DNA of 64,000 nucleotides from the NCBI GenBank assembly GCA_963662625.1, contig OY759726.1, positions 960,001 to 1,024,000 on the forward strand, written 5' to 3'. Position 1 is the stretch's first letter. Each line of letters begins with the position of its first letter. A program made the translations under genes and the position numbers. Origin of the DNA: Nitrosopumilus sp. GTDB taxonomy: Archaea; Thermoproteota; Nitrososphaeria; Nitrososphaerales; Nitrosopumilaceae. Of the stretch, positions 39,398-49,741 are shown piece after piece. Below the pieces are notes generated by a model that worked only from the letters and a program-made list of their open reading frames with translations, was not told where the DNA came from and ran no database searches.

Positions 39398-39793
39398 TTA
39401 TTCTTTTTTCTCTTCCCCGCCTTCGGCGGGCGCCGGCCGTTCCTGGGCTGGCAGCTCCCCGTCGAGCCTGCAGTTTACCTGGTAGATCTCCTCGGATATG
39501 GTGTTTCCCCGCATGAGCTTTCTCACCCTCTGGCCGGTCTGCGCCGCCCGCAGCCCCACGCCCTTGGAAAGCAGGACGTGTTTTCTCGCGGCCGTGTGGA
39601 TGTCGCCCCGCATCGGGACGCCGGACTTGTCGCTGCCTCCGGTCACCCTCAGCTTGCCATCGAGGCCCACGATTCCGGCGTCGGCCTCCTGGCCGATCTC
39701 AAGGCCCAGCAGCGGGACCGCGTCGGCCTCCTTCAGTTCTTTCGTGATGGATCTTCCCTTGGTGTCTGACACTGTAAGCTTGAAGTTCGCCAA
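39398..39793 (-). CDS. rps6e: 30S ribosomal protein S6e
   Basis: TGGSDKSGVPMR, GQRVRKLMRGN; TTG start inferred. Confidence 0.93.
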   Translation of the reverse strand: MANFKLTVSDTKGRSITKELKEADAVPLLGLEIGQEADAGIVGLDGKLRVTGGSDKSGVPMRGDIHTAARKHVLLSKGVGLRAAQTGQRVRKLMRGNTISEEIYQVNCRLDGELPAQERPAPAEGGEEKKE

Positions 39794-39935
39794 GTGTTCC
39801 AGAGACAAGCCGTGCTACTAATTAACCTTTGGTCATTGCCGGCGCAAACCCGGGGCCCCCTCCGGCCCGCGCCCGGTTGGGGAACGCGCGCCGGCCTTGT
39901 GCCGCCGCGCCTGCGCAGTTTCGCCCAACCCGGGT

Positions 39936-40109
39936 TTAAAACCCGGGCCTTTTGGGGATATAGTCTGCGGCCATGTTGATCGCCTGATCCTTCATGATCT
40001 CCAGGTAGGCGTCATAGCCTGCCTCGAAGTTGCAGTGGGGGCACTTTACCCTAGTGATCTCGTCGTCCAGAACCGCCACCCGCTCGCATTCGGGGCATTT
40101 TGCGTCCAT
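39936..40109 (-). CDS. Small Zn-ribbon protein (57 aa; not in ORF track)
   Basis: MDAKCPECERVAVLDDEITRVKCPHCNFEAGYDAYLEIMK...; TATA-like box upstream. Confidence 0.8.
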   Translation of the reverse strand: MDAKCPECERVAVLDDEITRVKCPHCNFEAGYDAYLEIMKDQAINMAADYIPKRPGF

Positions 40110-40160
40110 GCCGCTATTATGCGGTCAAGGTATTTAATCATAGTTGACATATGGGAATTG

Positions 40161-40237
40161 GCGGAGTTAGTCTAGATCGGTATGACGTCAGCTTCCCAAG
40201 CTGAAGGCCGCGGGTTCAAATCCCGCACTCCGCACCA
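40161..40237 (+). tRNA. tRNA-Gly(CCC) with encoded CCA
   Basis: Acceptor GCGGAGT/ACTCCGC, anticodon arm TCAGC-TTCCCAA-GCTGA, T arm GGTTCAAATCC. Confidence 0.95.
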
Positions 40238-40904
40238 CATGTAGGGCCGGCCTTCCCGGCAGTGCCGCGAGGATCCGACGCCGCCCCACGTATTTGGCTG
40301 CGGGGCGTTGCCAGTCCCCCCACCGCCGGCGCATTAGCGAGGGATTTCTGGGAAGACTGGGGGTCGCATTTCCAGTGGGGGAAAGCGGCCCAACCCGCAA
40401 CAGGATCAGGCACGGCACGTCCAACGTCCTGCACGACAGCACGGGGGAGATGCAGGAGCCGGTACGTGCCATGCTCGGCAACGGGGAGGTCAAGACCGTC
40501 AAGATGGTCCAATATTTAACACCGTAACTACGGCCAGCCGCCCGGCTCCCACGGGGCGCGCCTGATCGCGGACGGGGCGTGCGCGTCGCGGGACAACGTG
40601 CGGAGGTGCCGCGGCATGGGCGTGGGGCCGACCGTCCCGGCCAGGGTAGCGCCCGCCGCCAGGTGCAAGGGCGCCGGCGGCGCGTGGGGCGGGGCGGCGT
40701 CTGGCCGCCGGGGCCGCCTTTCCAACGATTCCCTACCGTGGGATCCCCGGGCTGTGCACATGCCGCCCCACGCACTGGACTCCTGACGTGCCCGACGATG
40801 TTCTGGGACGGCCTGCGCCCGCGGTTTCCGGCGTCTTCACGCCCAAAAGGCATGCCGCAAACCGATATAAATTGCCATATAACGGGGGCGCGTAACCCCT
40901 TCCA

Positions 40905-41894
40905 ATGACTGGAAAAAACGCGAAAACGATGTTGTTTGCCACTTTGATCGCTGCGATGAGTCTGCCGTTTGCTGCAATGCCAGTTTCTTCAGCAGAGTCT
41001 ACAACACCAAATACGGATGTGCTAATAGAGCGGGAATGGGCTACTAGTGAAAAAGAGCGAAACGCACATGATGCTTTTATTGCGTATGTTAAGCACGACA
41101 TGCCCGATAATGGTTGGAATAAAGATATTCTAAAACAAAATATCAAACTCTACAACTTGGAGACAGAGATAGGACGTGATGTTGATGGGTATGAACTAGT
41201 GGCATTAGTTGCTCAGAAAAATAAGATTTTTGGTTCTTACTTCCCGACTCATGCCGAGAAAAAACTCCATGATTGGGCGCTATCGCAGTATAAGATTCCA
41301 ACAACTCTGGAAGGAATTCAAGAACGATTCAGAGAGATTGTAGGAAATGGTAACGAAGACAGATCCCTCGCCATAGTGAACATTCTTAACCATATGGCGA
41401 ATCATGGAAATGTAGGCGGTGTGGTTCATGCATCAGATCCTAAATTCTGGAGCAATGTGGGGGTCACGTCATTATGTAATTACATAACTGTCTGTGGGGA
41501 TATGATAAGCGACGAAGTAAATCCAAGTGGACAGTTACGATTAGTAAATTCTGCCCACAAACATACAGCAACTGCTTATGTCGTATACGACCCATGCGAG
41601 ACCACCAACGATACATGTACTGTATTTACATACAATCATGGCAGTGGCCCACAAGAACAAACTTTCAATTCCCCCGATCATGTACAAGATGAGGCAGTAT
41701 ACGCTTCACTGACAAACTATTCCAATACGGCCAATAGCGTCATTGTTGAAACTAAAATCGTTGCCCCGTTGGCTGGAGGCTCGGTGGCTGGATTCGATAA
41801 TGATGGGTATGTGATTAAGACTGGCAACATGAACAACCCAAATGCATATGCAGAAAGTTACATCGAGATTAAATTTACTAGCAATGCTTGGTAA
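40905..41894 (+). CDS. Exported hypothetical protein (AT-rich)
   Basis: Signal peptide KTMLFATLIAAMSLPFAAM; 329 aa open frame. Confidence 0.75.
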   Translation: MTGKNAKTMLFATLIAAMSLPFAAMPVSSAESTTPNTDVLIEREWATSEKERNAHDAFIAYVKHDMPDNGWNKDILKQNIKLYNLETEIGRDVDGYELVALVAQKNKIFGSYFPTHAEKKLHDWALSQYKIPTTLEGIQERFREIVGNGNEDRSLAIVNILNHMANHGNVGGVVHASDPKFWSNVGVTSLCNYITVCGDMISDEVNPSGQLRLVNSAHKHTATAYVVYDPCETTNDTCTVFTYNHGSGPQEQTFNSPDHVQDEAVYASLTNYSNTANSVIVETKIVAPLAGGSVAGFDNDGYVIKTGNMNNPNAYAESYIEIKFTSNAW

Positions 41895-42060
41895 AGTCCA
41901 CATCTTTTTTTTGGTCATAATGCTATAGGAGCGGTGTCCTATCTTCTCCCATGCATGCATCCATCCATCGCCCAAGCAGGATGCGCTAGAATATATGGCA
42001 CCCGTTATCCTGTTTCAGTACTTGCGAACACATATTTTGATATGTAACTAGTGTAATGCC

Positions 42061-42450
42061 ATGATATTTTCCTTTAACAAAAAAAACGCCGTGGCCCTCG
42101 GGACGATATTGCTTTCAACATGCCTTGTCCTTGCATATGCATCTTACATACAACCTGCAACCGAGCCAAACATGCGAATTACTCCCGGCGCCAAAGCCCT
42201 TTCGTATGAAGAGGTACGCACATTTCTAATGACAGATCCAGGATCACAGCTAATAGTGCTGCCCCCCAACAATCCCGACTCTCTTGTGGTGCAGTCAAGC
42301 GGCCACTCTGCGGATTCCGGTTACGTCCTCAAGTCATATCAAAACGGAACAAGAGTATACATCGAGAAATCCCACGATGGGACCATACTAAAAGAGCTCA
42401 AATTCCATGACAAGCAAAGCAAGGAGGTCATAGTCTTCATAAAAGAGTAG
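42061..42450 (+). CDS. Membrane-anchored hypothetical protein (AT-rich)
   Basis: N-terminal TM AVALGTILLSTCLVLAYA. Confidence 0.7.
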   Translation: MIFSFNKKNAVALGTILLSTCLVLAYASYIQPATEPNMRITPGAKALSYEEVRTFLMTDPGSQLIVLPPNNPDSLVVQSSGHSADSGYVLKSYQNGTRVYIEKSHDGTILKELKFHDKQSKEVIVFIKE

Positions 42451-42516
42451 AGCCTCGATTCCAAGTCACTGCAATTTGCGTTACGCTGTAAGTCATGTTG
42501 GCTTTCTTTTTTTAGT

Positions 42517-43200
42517 TTGAAAATTCTTGTTCAAGTACGCGTGCAATTAGTTAGGGGCAAAACAACCCTCATCGTATTTTTGTCCGCAATCATAATATTT
42601 GGGACGTCGTCTCAAATCACTCTTGCTGAAATAAGCCAAGGCCGCGGCGGCTTTCATTCGTTAAAAGAAATTTCAGACAACATAGAGCGGGGGGATCCCA
42701 TCACTTTCCCTAATCCACAACATGTACTTGCTTTGCGACCAAACTCTAACTGGGTCTGCGTTTATTTTGAAACAGCAAGCCATCTGAACTGGGACATGGT
42801 ATTGTATTCAGAACCAGACTCGCCACAAATCACCACTTCTATTTTTTATGGGAACAAGCATCACTACGTCACATACCAGACAAACAAGGAGGCAGTTGGC
42901 TCTGTTAAGCGTAATTCAGACGCAGGTCATGACAGTGACGGCTACATTTTGGAAATATCAATGGTGCCAACGGCACAAGGTGATTTGACAGTGACGGTTC
43001 CCTCCATCGAGTCTGGCATGTTTGAAGATTACTGCGTAAAATTCAATAAAATACCAAACTCTCATTTCTTTATGTATTTGGCTGATGGCCACGAAACGCC
43101 ACATAAAGAAATGAACGTAAACCCAGTTTTCACCACCGTAAAATTACATTACGATCCGGGTACAGAATTAGTTGGGATGGCTCTTGCTTGTCGGATTTAA
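42517..43200 (+). CDS. Exported hypothetical protein with thaumarchaeal surface-protein-like segments
   Basis: N-terminal TM; SLKE...HVLALRPN..VCV...TA motif and LTVTVP...YLADG segment resemble Nitrosopumilaceae exported proteins; start uncertain. Confidence 0.6.
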   Translation: MKILVQVRVQLVRGKTTLIVFLSAIIIFGTSSQITLAEISQGRGGFHSLKEISDNIERGDPITFPNPQHVLALRPNSNWVCVYFETASHLNWDMVLYSEPDSPQITTSIFYGNKHHYVTYQTNKEAVGSVKRNSDAGHDSDGYILEISMVPTAQGDLTVTVPSIESGMFEDYCVKFNKIPNSHFFMYLADGHETPHKEMNVNPVFTTVKLHYDPGTELVGMALACRI

Positions 43201-43453
43201 AGCGCAAGCAACAGTACCCTAAAGTTTGGCGGCGCTTGGAGTGATTCCATTGGGATTGCGTGCGCCCCGATCAAGGAAATCAGGCGATCCAAATTTCGAA
43301 AGTACTGCAGGATCCGCAACTGCAAACAAGCAGATTGGGAGTGGCGTAACGGAAGGCAGGTTGGCAGGCAACGCGGAGCCGCAGAAGGTAGCCTTTGGGG
43401 CCGGACGTCCGCAAGAGGACGGTGAGGGTGTCCATGATGGACAGGGACGAGAT

Positions 43454-43573
43454 ACGCGGCTGGCAGAGGAGGGCAAGAAGGAAGATCTCGCGCCTGGAAG
43501 GGCAGGGTTTTGCCACCGTAATGATTGACGAGGCGGTTTGCATGCACGACCTGGCGGCCGGGAGGAAGTACCG
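43454..43573 (+). pseudogene. IS630-family transposase fragment
   Basis: GWQRRARRKISRLEGQGFATVMIDEA; near-identical inverted copy at 44275-44394. Confidence 0.65.
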
Positions 43574-43806
43574 TAGTCAACGCCCTATGAAATCGCTCAA
43601 CAATAAGCCGCCAAAACACGCATAGTGGGCGAATCCACGCCCGCCGCCGTACTCAAAAAGGAACCCGTTACGCCCAAAATGAACGGATAGATAATGCATT
43701 GACTATGGCAAACGCCGTGCTGGGACACGAGGCAGGGCGCCCGCGCGGGGGATCTTCCGGTGACCCAGCAGGACATCAAGGACCTGACGACGTTCCACAT
43801 GTTTGA

Positions 43807-44520
43807 CTATAGCAACGCTCAAAAATTCTTGAGCACCAAGGACTTCCTGCTGGTGTACCCCAGAGCGTCCAGGTTGGCGTGAGACGTCCCCAGGCATTCG
43901 GACAGGGTGCGCCCCGCCTCCCCGGACGTCCCGCAATTCCCCGGCACCGGGACGTCGCGCATTGGCCTGCGCCAGTACTCCCCCGTGGCGTCCTGCCCCG
44001 GCGTGGCGGTGGGAAGGTACGCGGCCCCCGTGCCGGGGTTGCGTGGGACGTGTTTTTTCACGGCGCCGGCGGTGCGGGGAGGCGCGCCGTCCTTCATGAC
44101 ATGCACATTCCAGAAGTGATGGCGCGGCCCCTTGGGGCACAGCAGGAACGCGTCCTTGCCGGACCTCTAGCGGGCGTGGAAGTGCCTGCGGCCGCAGCTG
44201 CCGGCGCCCCGTACGCCGCCGCCTTGCGGCGGTTCCCGTTGTATCCCGCGACGATCCGCCCGCCCCTGGGGAACCGGCACTTCCTCCCGGCCGCCCGGTC
44301 GTGCATGCAAACCGCCTCGTCAATCATTACGGTGGCAAAACCCTGCCCTTCCAGGCGCGAGATCTTCCTTCTTGCCCTCCTCTGCCAGCCGCGTGTCCCG
44401 CCCGGGCCGGCCTTGTCGGCGTGGGCGCGCTGCGGCGCCTTGGGGGACAGGCCGACGTTCCCCATGATCCGCCCGGCCGACGGGACGTGGTACGCCACGA
44501 CCCATTTGTAGAGCTCCCAC
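43807..44520 (-). pseudogene. Frameshifted IS630-family transposase remnant
   Basis: GLSPKAPQRAH, MIDEA, MKDGAPPR, YLPTATP....GEYWR: degenerate DDE motifs split across frames. Confidence 0.7.
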
Positions 44521-44700
44521 GACTTGGAGCTGCGTATGACGCCGCGGAGCCTCTCCGGGTGGCGGCGCCTCCCGCGCCGCCCGGCAGAGCAATAGGTTAC
44601 CCCCTACCCACGGGGTCAACCATTGGCGATCCGCCAGAGTAAGAGGTTGCCGCCAGACCCCCGAAGACTTAACAGGGAATGCCCGCCATCTGGTAGTCAG

Positions 44701-45360
44701 ATGATCTCCACGGGGCTGCCAAGACTCGACGAATTCCTGCGCGGCGGCATGCCCGCCGGCGCCATAACCGACATCTTCGGCCCCAACGGGACGGGCAAGA
44801 CGCAGTTCCTCTTCCAGCTGTCGCTGAACGCGGCCAAGGACGGCGGCCGGGTCCTGTACGTGGACACCTCGGGCCGGTTCAGGCCGGAGCGGATATTGGA
44901 GATCCAGGAGGGGGGCTGCCACGCCCCGGGCCCTCTCGACAGGATAACCGTGCTGAGGGTGACAAACACGTCGGAGCAGTCGGGGTCCCTGCGGGCCATC
45001 GACGGCTCCGACTTTGACCTGATCCTGGTCGACAACGTGACGGACCTGTTCTCGTACGAGTACCGGGGAGCCGAGCGGGCATACGAGCGGAACCTGCTGT
45101 TCATGAGGTACATGCACGGCCTTTCGTCGCGCGCGATCGACAGGGGGATCCCGGTCGCCGTCACCAACATGGTGCGGCGCGCCGACGACAGGGAGTTTGA
45201 GAACATGAGGACTGCCGTGGATCCATTCACCCACGTCAAGATCGGCCTGTCCCGCGGCCGCGCGGCATTCTCCGGCAGGGCGGCCTGGCTGCAGAACCGG
45301 CTGGACTTCTCGTACAGGATATCGCCGGGGGGACTGCTCGACGCAGCTGAAGTTATTTAG
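44701..45360 (+). CDS. RadB/RadA-like recombinase paralog
   Basis: ISTGLPRLDEFLRGG, GPNGTGKTQ, YVDTSGRFRPERI, ILVDN, VAVTN. Confidence 0.85.
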   Translation: MISTGLPRLDEFLRGGMPAGAITDIFGPNGTGKTQFLFQLSLNAAKDGGRVLYVDTSGRFRPERILEIQEGGCHAPGPLDRITVLRVTNTSEQSGSLRAIDGSDFDLILVDNVTDLFSYEYRGAERAYERNLLFMRYMHGLSSRAIDRGIPVAVTNMVRRADDREFENMRTAVDPFTHVKIGLSRGRAAFSGRAAWLQNRLDFSYRISPGGLLDAAEVI

Positions 45361-45381
45361 CGGCCGGCCGGAACCTCATGG

Positions 45382-45483
45382 ATGGACGGAATATTCGACT
45401 CCATACCGCTGATTACCGTCGTGCTGTTTGCGCTTGGACTCGTTGGCGTGATTGCCTATGAAAAGACAAGAAGGGCCGGGTGA
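45382..45483 (+). CDS. Putative 33-aa single-TM protein
   Basis: MDGIFDSIPLITVVLFALGLVGVIAYEKTRRAG; overlaps the start of the Lhr gene. Confidence 0.4.
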   Translation: MDGIFDSIPLITVVLFALGLVGVIAYEKTRRAG

Positions 45484-48205
45484 GGAGCAGCCCGGCGCGG
45501 CGGTGGGCAGGCTGTTCGGCAAGTTCGGGTTTGGCTCCATGACCGAGATACAGAAAAAGGCGTCCCCGGCGGTCCTGCAGAAAAAAGACTGCCTGATAAT
45601 CGCGCCTACCGGCTCCGGCAAGACCGAGTGCTCCGTGATCCCGATCTTTTTCCTGGCAAGCAAGTCGAGGCGTCCCGGGAAGATCAAGGCCCTCTACGTC
45701 ACCCCCCTGCGGGCGCTGAACCGGGACGTCTTCCGCAGGATAACTAGGTACGCCGAGCAGAGCGGCCTCGCCATAGAGATCAGGCACGGCGACACGACGC
45801 AGGCGGCGAGGCGAAGGATAACCGAGAACCCCCCGGACGTACTGATCACCACGCCGGAGACCCTGGTCATACTGCTTACCCAGCCGAAGGTCCTCGCCGC
45901 GCTGTCCGACCTGGAGTGGATAATAGTCGACGAGGTGCACGAGCTGCTCTCAAGCGAGAGGGGCGCCCAGCTGTCCCTGAGCCTAGAGCGGCTGCAGCTC
46001 AACTCGAGGTTCCCGCTGACCCGGGTGGGCCTGTCTGCCACCGTGGGGAACTTCCAGGAGGCCGGCAAGTTCGTGGCGGGGACAAAGCGCAGGTGCCAGG
46101 TGATCCGGGACACCTCCGTACGGAAGTACGACGTGGAGGTGCGGTACGTGGACGGGACGATCTCCGACGTGGCCGACAAGATAGTCGGGTACGTGTCCGA
46201 TCTGGGCCTGGAGTCGCCGATCCTGCTCTTCACGAACACCAGGGGGGAGTCGGAGTTCCTGGCGTCGGTCCTCAGGGAAAAGTCCAGCGTCCCGGTGGAA
46301 CTGCACCACGGCTCGCTGTCCAGGGAGGCGCGGGAGGAGGCCGAGGAATGCCTCCGGGAGGGCCGGCCCGGGATAGTGGTCTGCACCTCGTCGCTCGAGC
46401 TGGGGCTGGACATAGGCTCGGTGGAGCTGGTGATCCATTACGGCTCCCCCCGGCAGGTGTCAAAGCTGATCCAGCGGATAGGCAGGAGCAGGCACAACCG
46501 CGACGCGTCGGCGCGCGGCCTGATAATCACGAACAACCCCGACGACGAGTTCGAGGCGAGGGCCATCCTGGACAGGATATCCGAGGGCTCCATCGAGGAC
46601 CAGAAGATACACGACGGCTCGCTCGACGTGCTGGCGCACCACCTGGTGGGCCTGGCTATGCAGAGGGGCGAGATCCCGGTGGAGGCAGCCATGGAGACCG
46701 TCACGCAGGCGTACCCGTTCCGGGGCCTGGGGCTGGCCGACCTGGTGGGGGTGCTGGAGCTGCTCGACTCGAACTACCTCGTGTTCTTTGACAGGAAGAA
46801 CATGGCCTTCCGGAAGAAGGCCCGCTCGTTCAAGTATTACTTTGAGAACCTCTCCACGATCCCTGACATACTGAAGTTCAAGGTGTTTGACAGCGTCGGC
46901 AAGAGGATCATCGGGACCCTGGACCAGAGGTTCGTGGGGGACTTTGGGGACTCTGGCAACATCTTCGTGCTGAAGGGCTCCCAGTGGCGCATACTCAACG
47001 TGGACGAAAAGTCCCTGGCGGTGAACGTCGAGCCGTTCCGGGGCGGCGGAATCACCGTCCCGTACTGGGAGGGCGAGAGCATACCCATCGACTACCGCAC
47101 CGCGAGCAGGGTGGGGTCGTTCCGCGCCATGGTCAGGCGCGGCTCCCTGGAGCTGGCCAACAAGACCATAGAGGGGCTGGACTTTGAGCAGATCCCCGAC
47201 GGGGGGAACATCGTGGTGGAGTCGAGCCGGGTACAGGGGTCCGTGGTGGCCCATTCCTGCCTCGGCACCAGGATCAACGCCACGCTGTCCACCCTGCTCT
47301 CCTCCATGATCTCCTCCGTGCTGGGATCGGTGGTGGACACGCGCTCTGACGGCTACAGGATAGTCCTGTCCTCGCGGTCCCGCATATCCGAGCGCGTGTT
47401 CCTCGAGGTCCTGACCGACGAGTACGACCTGTCCTCCGTGGTGACGGCCTCGCTTGCGGGGACCCACAACGTGAACTGGAGGACGTGGTGCGTCGCAAAG
47501 AAGTTCGGCATCGTGGGCCGCGGCGCGGTCTACGAGAAAAAGTCGGCGCGGTTCCTGTACGAGCGGTACGTGGGGACCCCGCTGGTGGAGGAGGCGCTGA
47601 GGGAGCTGTTCCATGACAAGTACGACCTGCCCGGCACCGGCAGGATCCTGGAGAGGATCAGGGACGGCGAGATACGCGTGCGGTGGGTGGAGGTGGACAA
47701 GTTCTCGAGGCTGGCGGAGCCCGTCCTGGACCACACCGCAAAGTACTACTCGTCACCGGCAAACCTTGACCAGGGGATACTCGACCTGGTCAGGTCCAGG
47801 CTGTACAAGACCAAGCACCGCCTGGTCTGCGCGAGGTGCGGGGGATGGGAGCGGGTGGTGGAGACGCGGGAGGTGGAGGGCCCCCTGTCCTGCCCCAGGT
47901 GCAGGGCGCGCCAGATCACGGCGACCTTCTACTCGGACTACGACCTGCCGAAGATAATACGCAAGAAGGCGCAGGGGGGGAGGCTCACCGGGGAGGAGAG
48001 GCACAAGTACGACCGCGCCTGGAAGGTCTCCTCGCTGGTCGAGAACTTCGGGAAGACGGCGATAGTGGTGATGTCCGGCTACGGGGTGGGAGCCGACACC
48101 GCGGCCCGGATACTCCGCAACATGGTCGACGAGGAGCACCTCTTCAGGCAGATCTACGAGGCGGAGAGGCAGTACGTGGTGACCAGGGGGTTCTGGGACT
48201 CTTAG
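45452..48205 (+). CDS. lhr: Lhr-like SF2 DEAD/H helicase with C-terminal Zn finger
   Basis: APTGSGKT, RHGDT, TTPETL, DEVH, HHGSLS, QRIGRS, CARC...CPRC. Confidence 0.92.
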   Translation: MPMKRQEGPGEEQPGAAVGRLFGKFGFGSMTEIQKKASPAVLQKKDCLIIAPTGSGKTECSVIPIFFLASKSRRPGKIKALYVTPLRALNRDVFRRITRYAEQSGLAIEIRHGDTTQAARRRITENPPDVLITTPETLVILLTQPKVLAALSDLEWIIVDEVHELLSSERGAQLSLSLERLQLNSRFPLTRVGLSATVGNFQEAGKFVAGTKRRCQVIRDTSVRKYDVEVRYVDGTISDVADKIVGYVSDLGLESPILLFTNTRGESEFLASVLREKSSVPVELHHGSLSREAREEAEECLREGRPGIVVCTSSLELGLDIGSVELVIHYGSPRQVSKLIQRIGRSRHNRDASARGLIITNNPDDEFEARAILDRISEGSIEDQKIHDGSLDVLAHHLVGLAMQRGEIPVEAAMETVTQAYPFRGLGLADLVGVLELLDSNYLVFFDRKNMAFRKKARSFKYYFENLSTIPDILKFKVFDSVGKRIIGTLDQRFVGDFGDSGNIFVLKGSQWRILNVDEKSLAVNVEPFRGGGITVPYWEGESIPIDYRTASRVGSFRAMVRRGSLELANKTIEGLDFEQIPDGGNIVVESSRVQGSVVAHSCLGTRINATLSTLLSSMISSVLGSVVDTRSDGYRIVLSSRSRISERVFLEVLTDEYDLSSVVTASLAGTHNVNWRTWCVAKKFGIVGRGAVYEKKSARFLYERYVGTPLVEEALRELFHDKYDLPGTGRILERIRDGEIRVRWVEVDKFSRLAEPVLDHTAKYYSSPANLDQGILDLVRSRLYKTKHRLVCARCGGWERVVETREVEGPLSCPRCRARQITATFYSDYDLPKIIRKKAQGGRLTGEERHKYDRAWKVSSLVENFGKTAIVVMSGYGVGADTAARILRNMVDEEHLFRQIYEAERQYVVTRGFWDS

Positions 48206-49599
48206 CTCTTCTTCGCGACCTTTGAGAACGGGGTGACGAACAGCTCGGTCCTTCCCTCCAGGCCCGGCTTTGCCGCCAGCCCGGTGATCGAGACCACGTC
48301 CCCCAGCTGGCAGCCGTCGATCACCCTGCCCTGGTTCCGCCACCCCTTTACCCATATCTGGCCCGTGTCGTCCTCGACGAACACCTCCGAGAGCGCCACC
48401 GACTCCCCTGCCTTCGTCTGCACGTCCCGCCTGTCCGGGCCCTTGAGGACTATCGCCTCGATGCAGTAGCTGCCGTCCGGCTTTACGTCGTTGATCTTCG
48501 TCCGGATGCCGGGCAGGTCGGGTATGGAGCCGTCCTCGTCAAGCTTCCTTACAAACGAGTCGCCGCCCAGCGTGACCCGCTGCCCGTAAACCTTTGAAGG
48601 CATGCACTCCACGATGTCCCCCTCCCCGCACGCCGCGGTGGCGCCTGACAGGTCCGTGATGTCGTAGACGTTCTTCTTCCTGTCCACGGCCTGGACGAGC
48701 CTCTTGCCGTCCCCGGCGTCGGAGGCGGATATGATCCTGCCTATGATCGGCTCCGTCACCTTGCTCCCCTCGATCTCGATTATGGTGCCCTCGTTGCCGT
48801 GGATCTCGATCCCCTGGTTGCCCTGCCTCACGCTGGCGCCGAGCAGCCTGATCTTGGCCCCCTGGTAGACCACGGTCGGGATGTCCGACTCGTCCTTTCC
48901 CCAGATCACGACCCGGATCGACGTGCCGTCCTTGCCCCTTATGCCGGTCCTGATCGCGGTCCCCGGCGACCCGTCCTTGCGCGAGAACTGCATGCAGCTG
49001 ATCCCGCCGTCGACGGTGCCCGAGACTGCGAAGTTCTTGTCCCCCTCCCTGACCTCGCCGGCGTCCTTCGTTATGGAGTCTATGCCAGGTATGTCGCTCT
49101 GGCCGTCCGACGACTCGATGCTGGAGCCCGAACCCACGTTGATGGTGGGCGTGCCGGTAAGGTCCGACTTTACGTACGCCTTGATGATCTTGATCAGGTC
49201 CCCGGGCTTGAGGCCCTCCAGGGACGGCAGGTTGGCCTTCTCGTCCCAGAGCTTGACGCTGGCGGTGGACTTTGAGTCATACACCGTCATGGTCCTCAGG
49301 AAGAACGGCGACCCGTCCTTGCGAGAGAACTGCCTCGGCTGGGAGATGCTGAGCACCCTCGACTCCAGGGAGACCTCCCTTGCCCCCGAATAGATGTCCT
49401 CCAGGCTCATCCCGGTCTTGATCGGCTCCGATATGCTGACCCCCATGTCAGAGGCGATCAGGAACAGCGCGCCCTGGTCCGTCAGGTAGCCGGCGCCTAT
49501 CTTCTCCTTCTTCTGCCTGACCTGCTCCTCTATGCCCTCCCTGGTGAGCCCGGGCTTTTGCTCCAGCAGCTTTCCCAGCAGGTCTTCGTATTCCTGCAA
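48202..49599 (-). CDS. Multi-OB-fold single-stranded DNA-binding protein (RPA-like)
   Basis: GAGYLTDQGALFLIA, repeated FSRKDG, VKLWD, DDTGQI. Confidence 0.85.
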   Translation of the reverse strand: MQEYEDLLGKLLEQKPGLTREGIEEQVRQKKEKIGAGYLTDQGALFLIASDMGVSISEPIKTGMSLEDIYSGAREVSLESRVLSISQPRQFSRKDGSPFFLRTMTVYDSKSTASVKLWDEKANLPSLEGLKPGDLIKIIKAYVKSDLTGTPTINVGSGSSIESSDGQSDIPGIDSITKDAGEVREGDKNFAVSGTVDGGISCMQFSRKDGSPGTAIRTGIRGKDGTSIRVVIWGKDESDIPTVVYQGAKIRLLGASVRQGNQGIEIHGNEGTIIEIEGSKVTEPIIGRIISASDAGDGKRLVQAVDRKKNVYDITDLSGATAACGEGDIVECMPSKVYGQRVTLGGDSFVRKLDEDGSIPDLPGIRTKINDVKPDGSYCIEAIVLKGPDRRDVQTKAGESVALSEVFVEDDTGQIWVKGWRNQGRVIDGCQLGDVVSITGLAAKPGLEGRTELFVTPFSKVAKKS

Positions 49600-49741
49600 T
49601 CCAACGACCCTATGCCGGCTGTATTAATAAGAATTTCACCGAGGCCCGGCGGCCGCGGCGATCGGGGGCGCCCGGCCGCGGCGGATCGCGGGATTCCATG
49701 CAAACAGTCTAATTGACTGCCCGGCAAGATCGCACAGACCC

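Larger units (their letters stand above)
40238..44600. mobile_element. Degraded genomic island downstream of tRNA-Gly (AT-rich cargo plus IS630 remnants); right boundary approximate
   Basis: Abrupt drop in GC at about 40860-43300, IS fragments, position at tRNA 3' end; no attR found. Confidence 0.6.

Noticed and set aside
40528-40761. ORF start MCTARG...RES resembling the integrase remnant start MCTGQG...RES
   Set aside because: Similarity is limited to a few codons and does not continue.
44520-44700. attR copy of the tRNA-Gly 3' end; imperfect hairpin near 44590-44626
   Set aside because: No convincing tRNA-end duplicate found; the hairpin has bulges and no assignable function.
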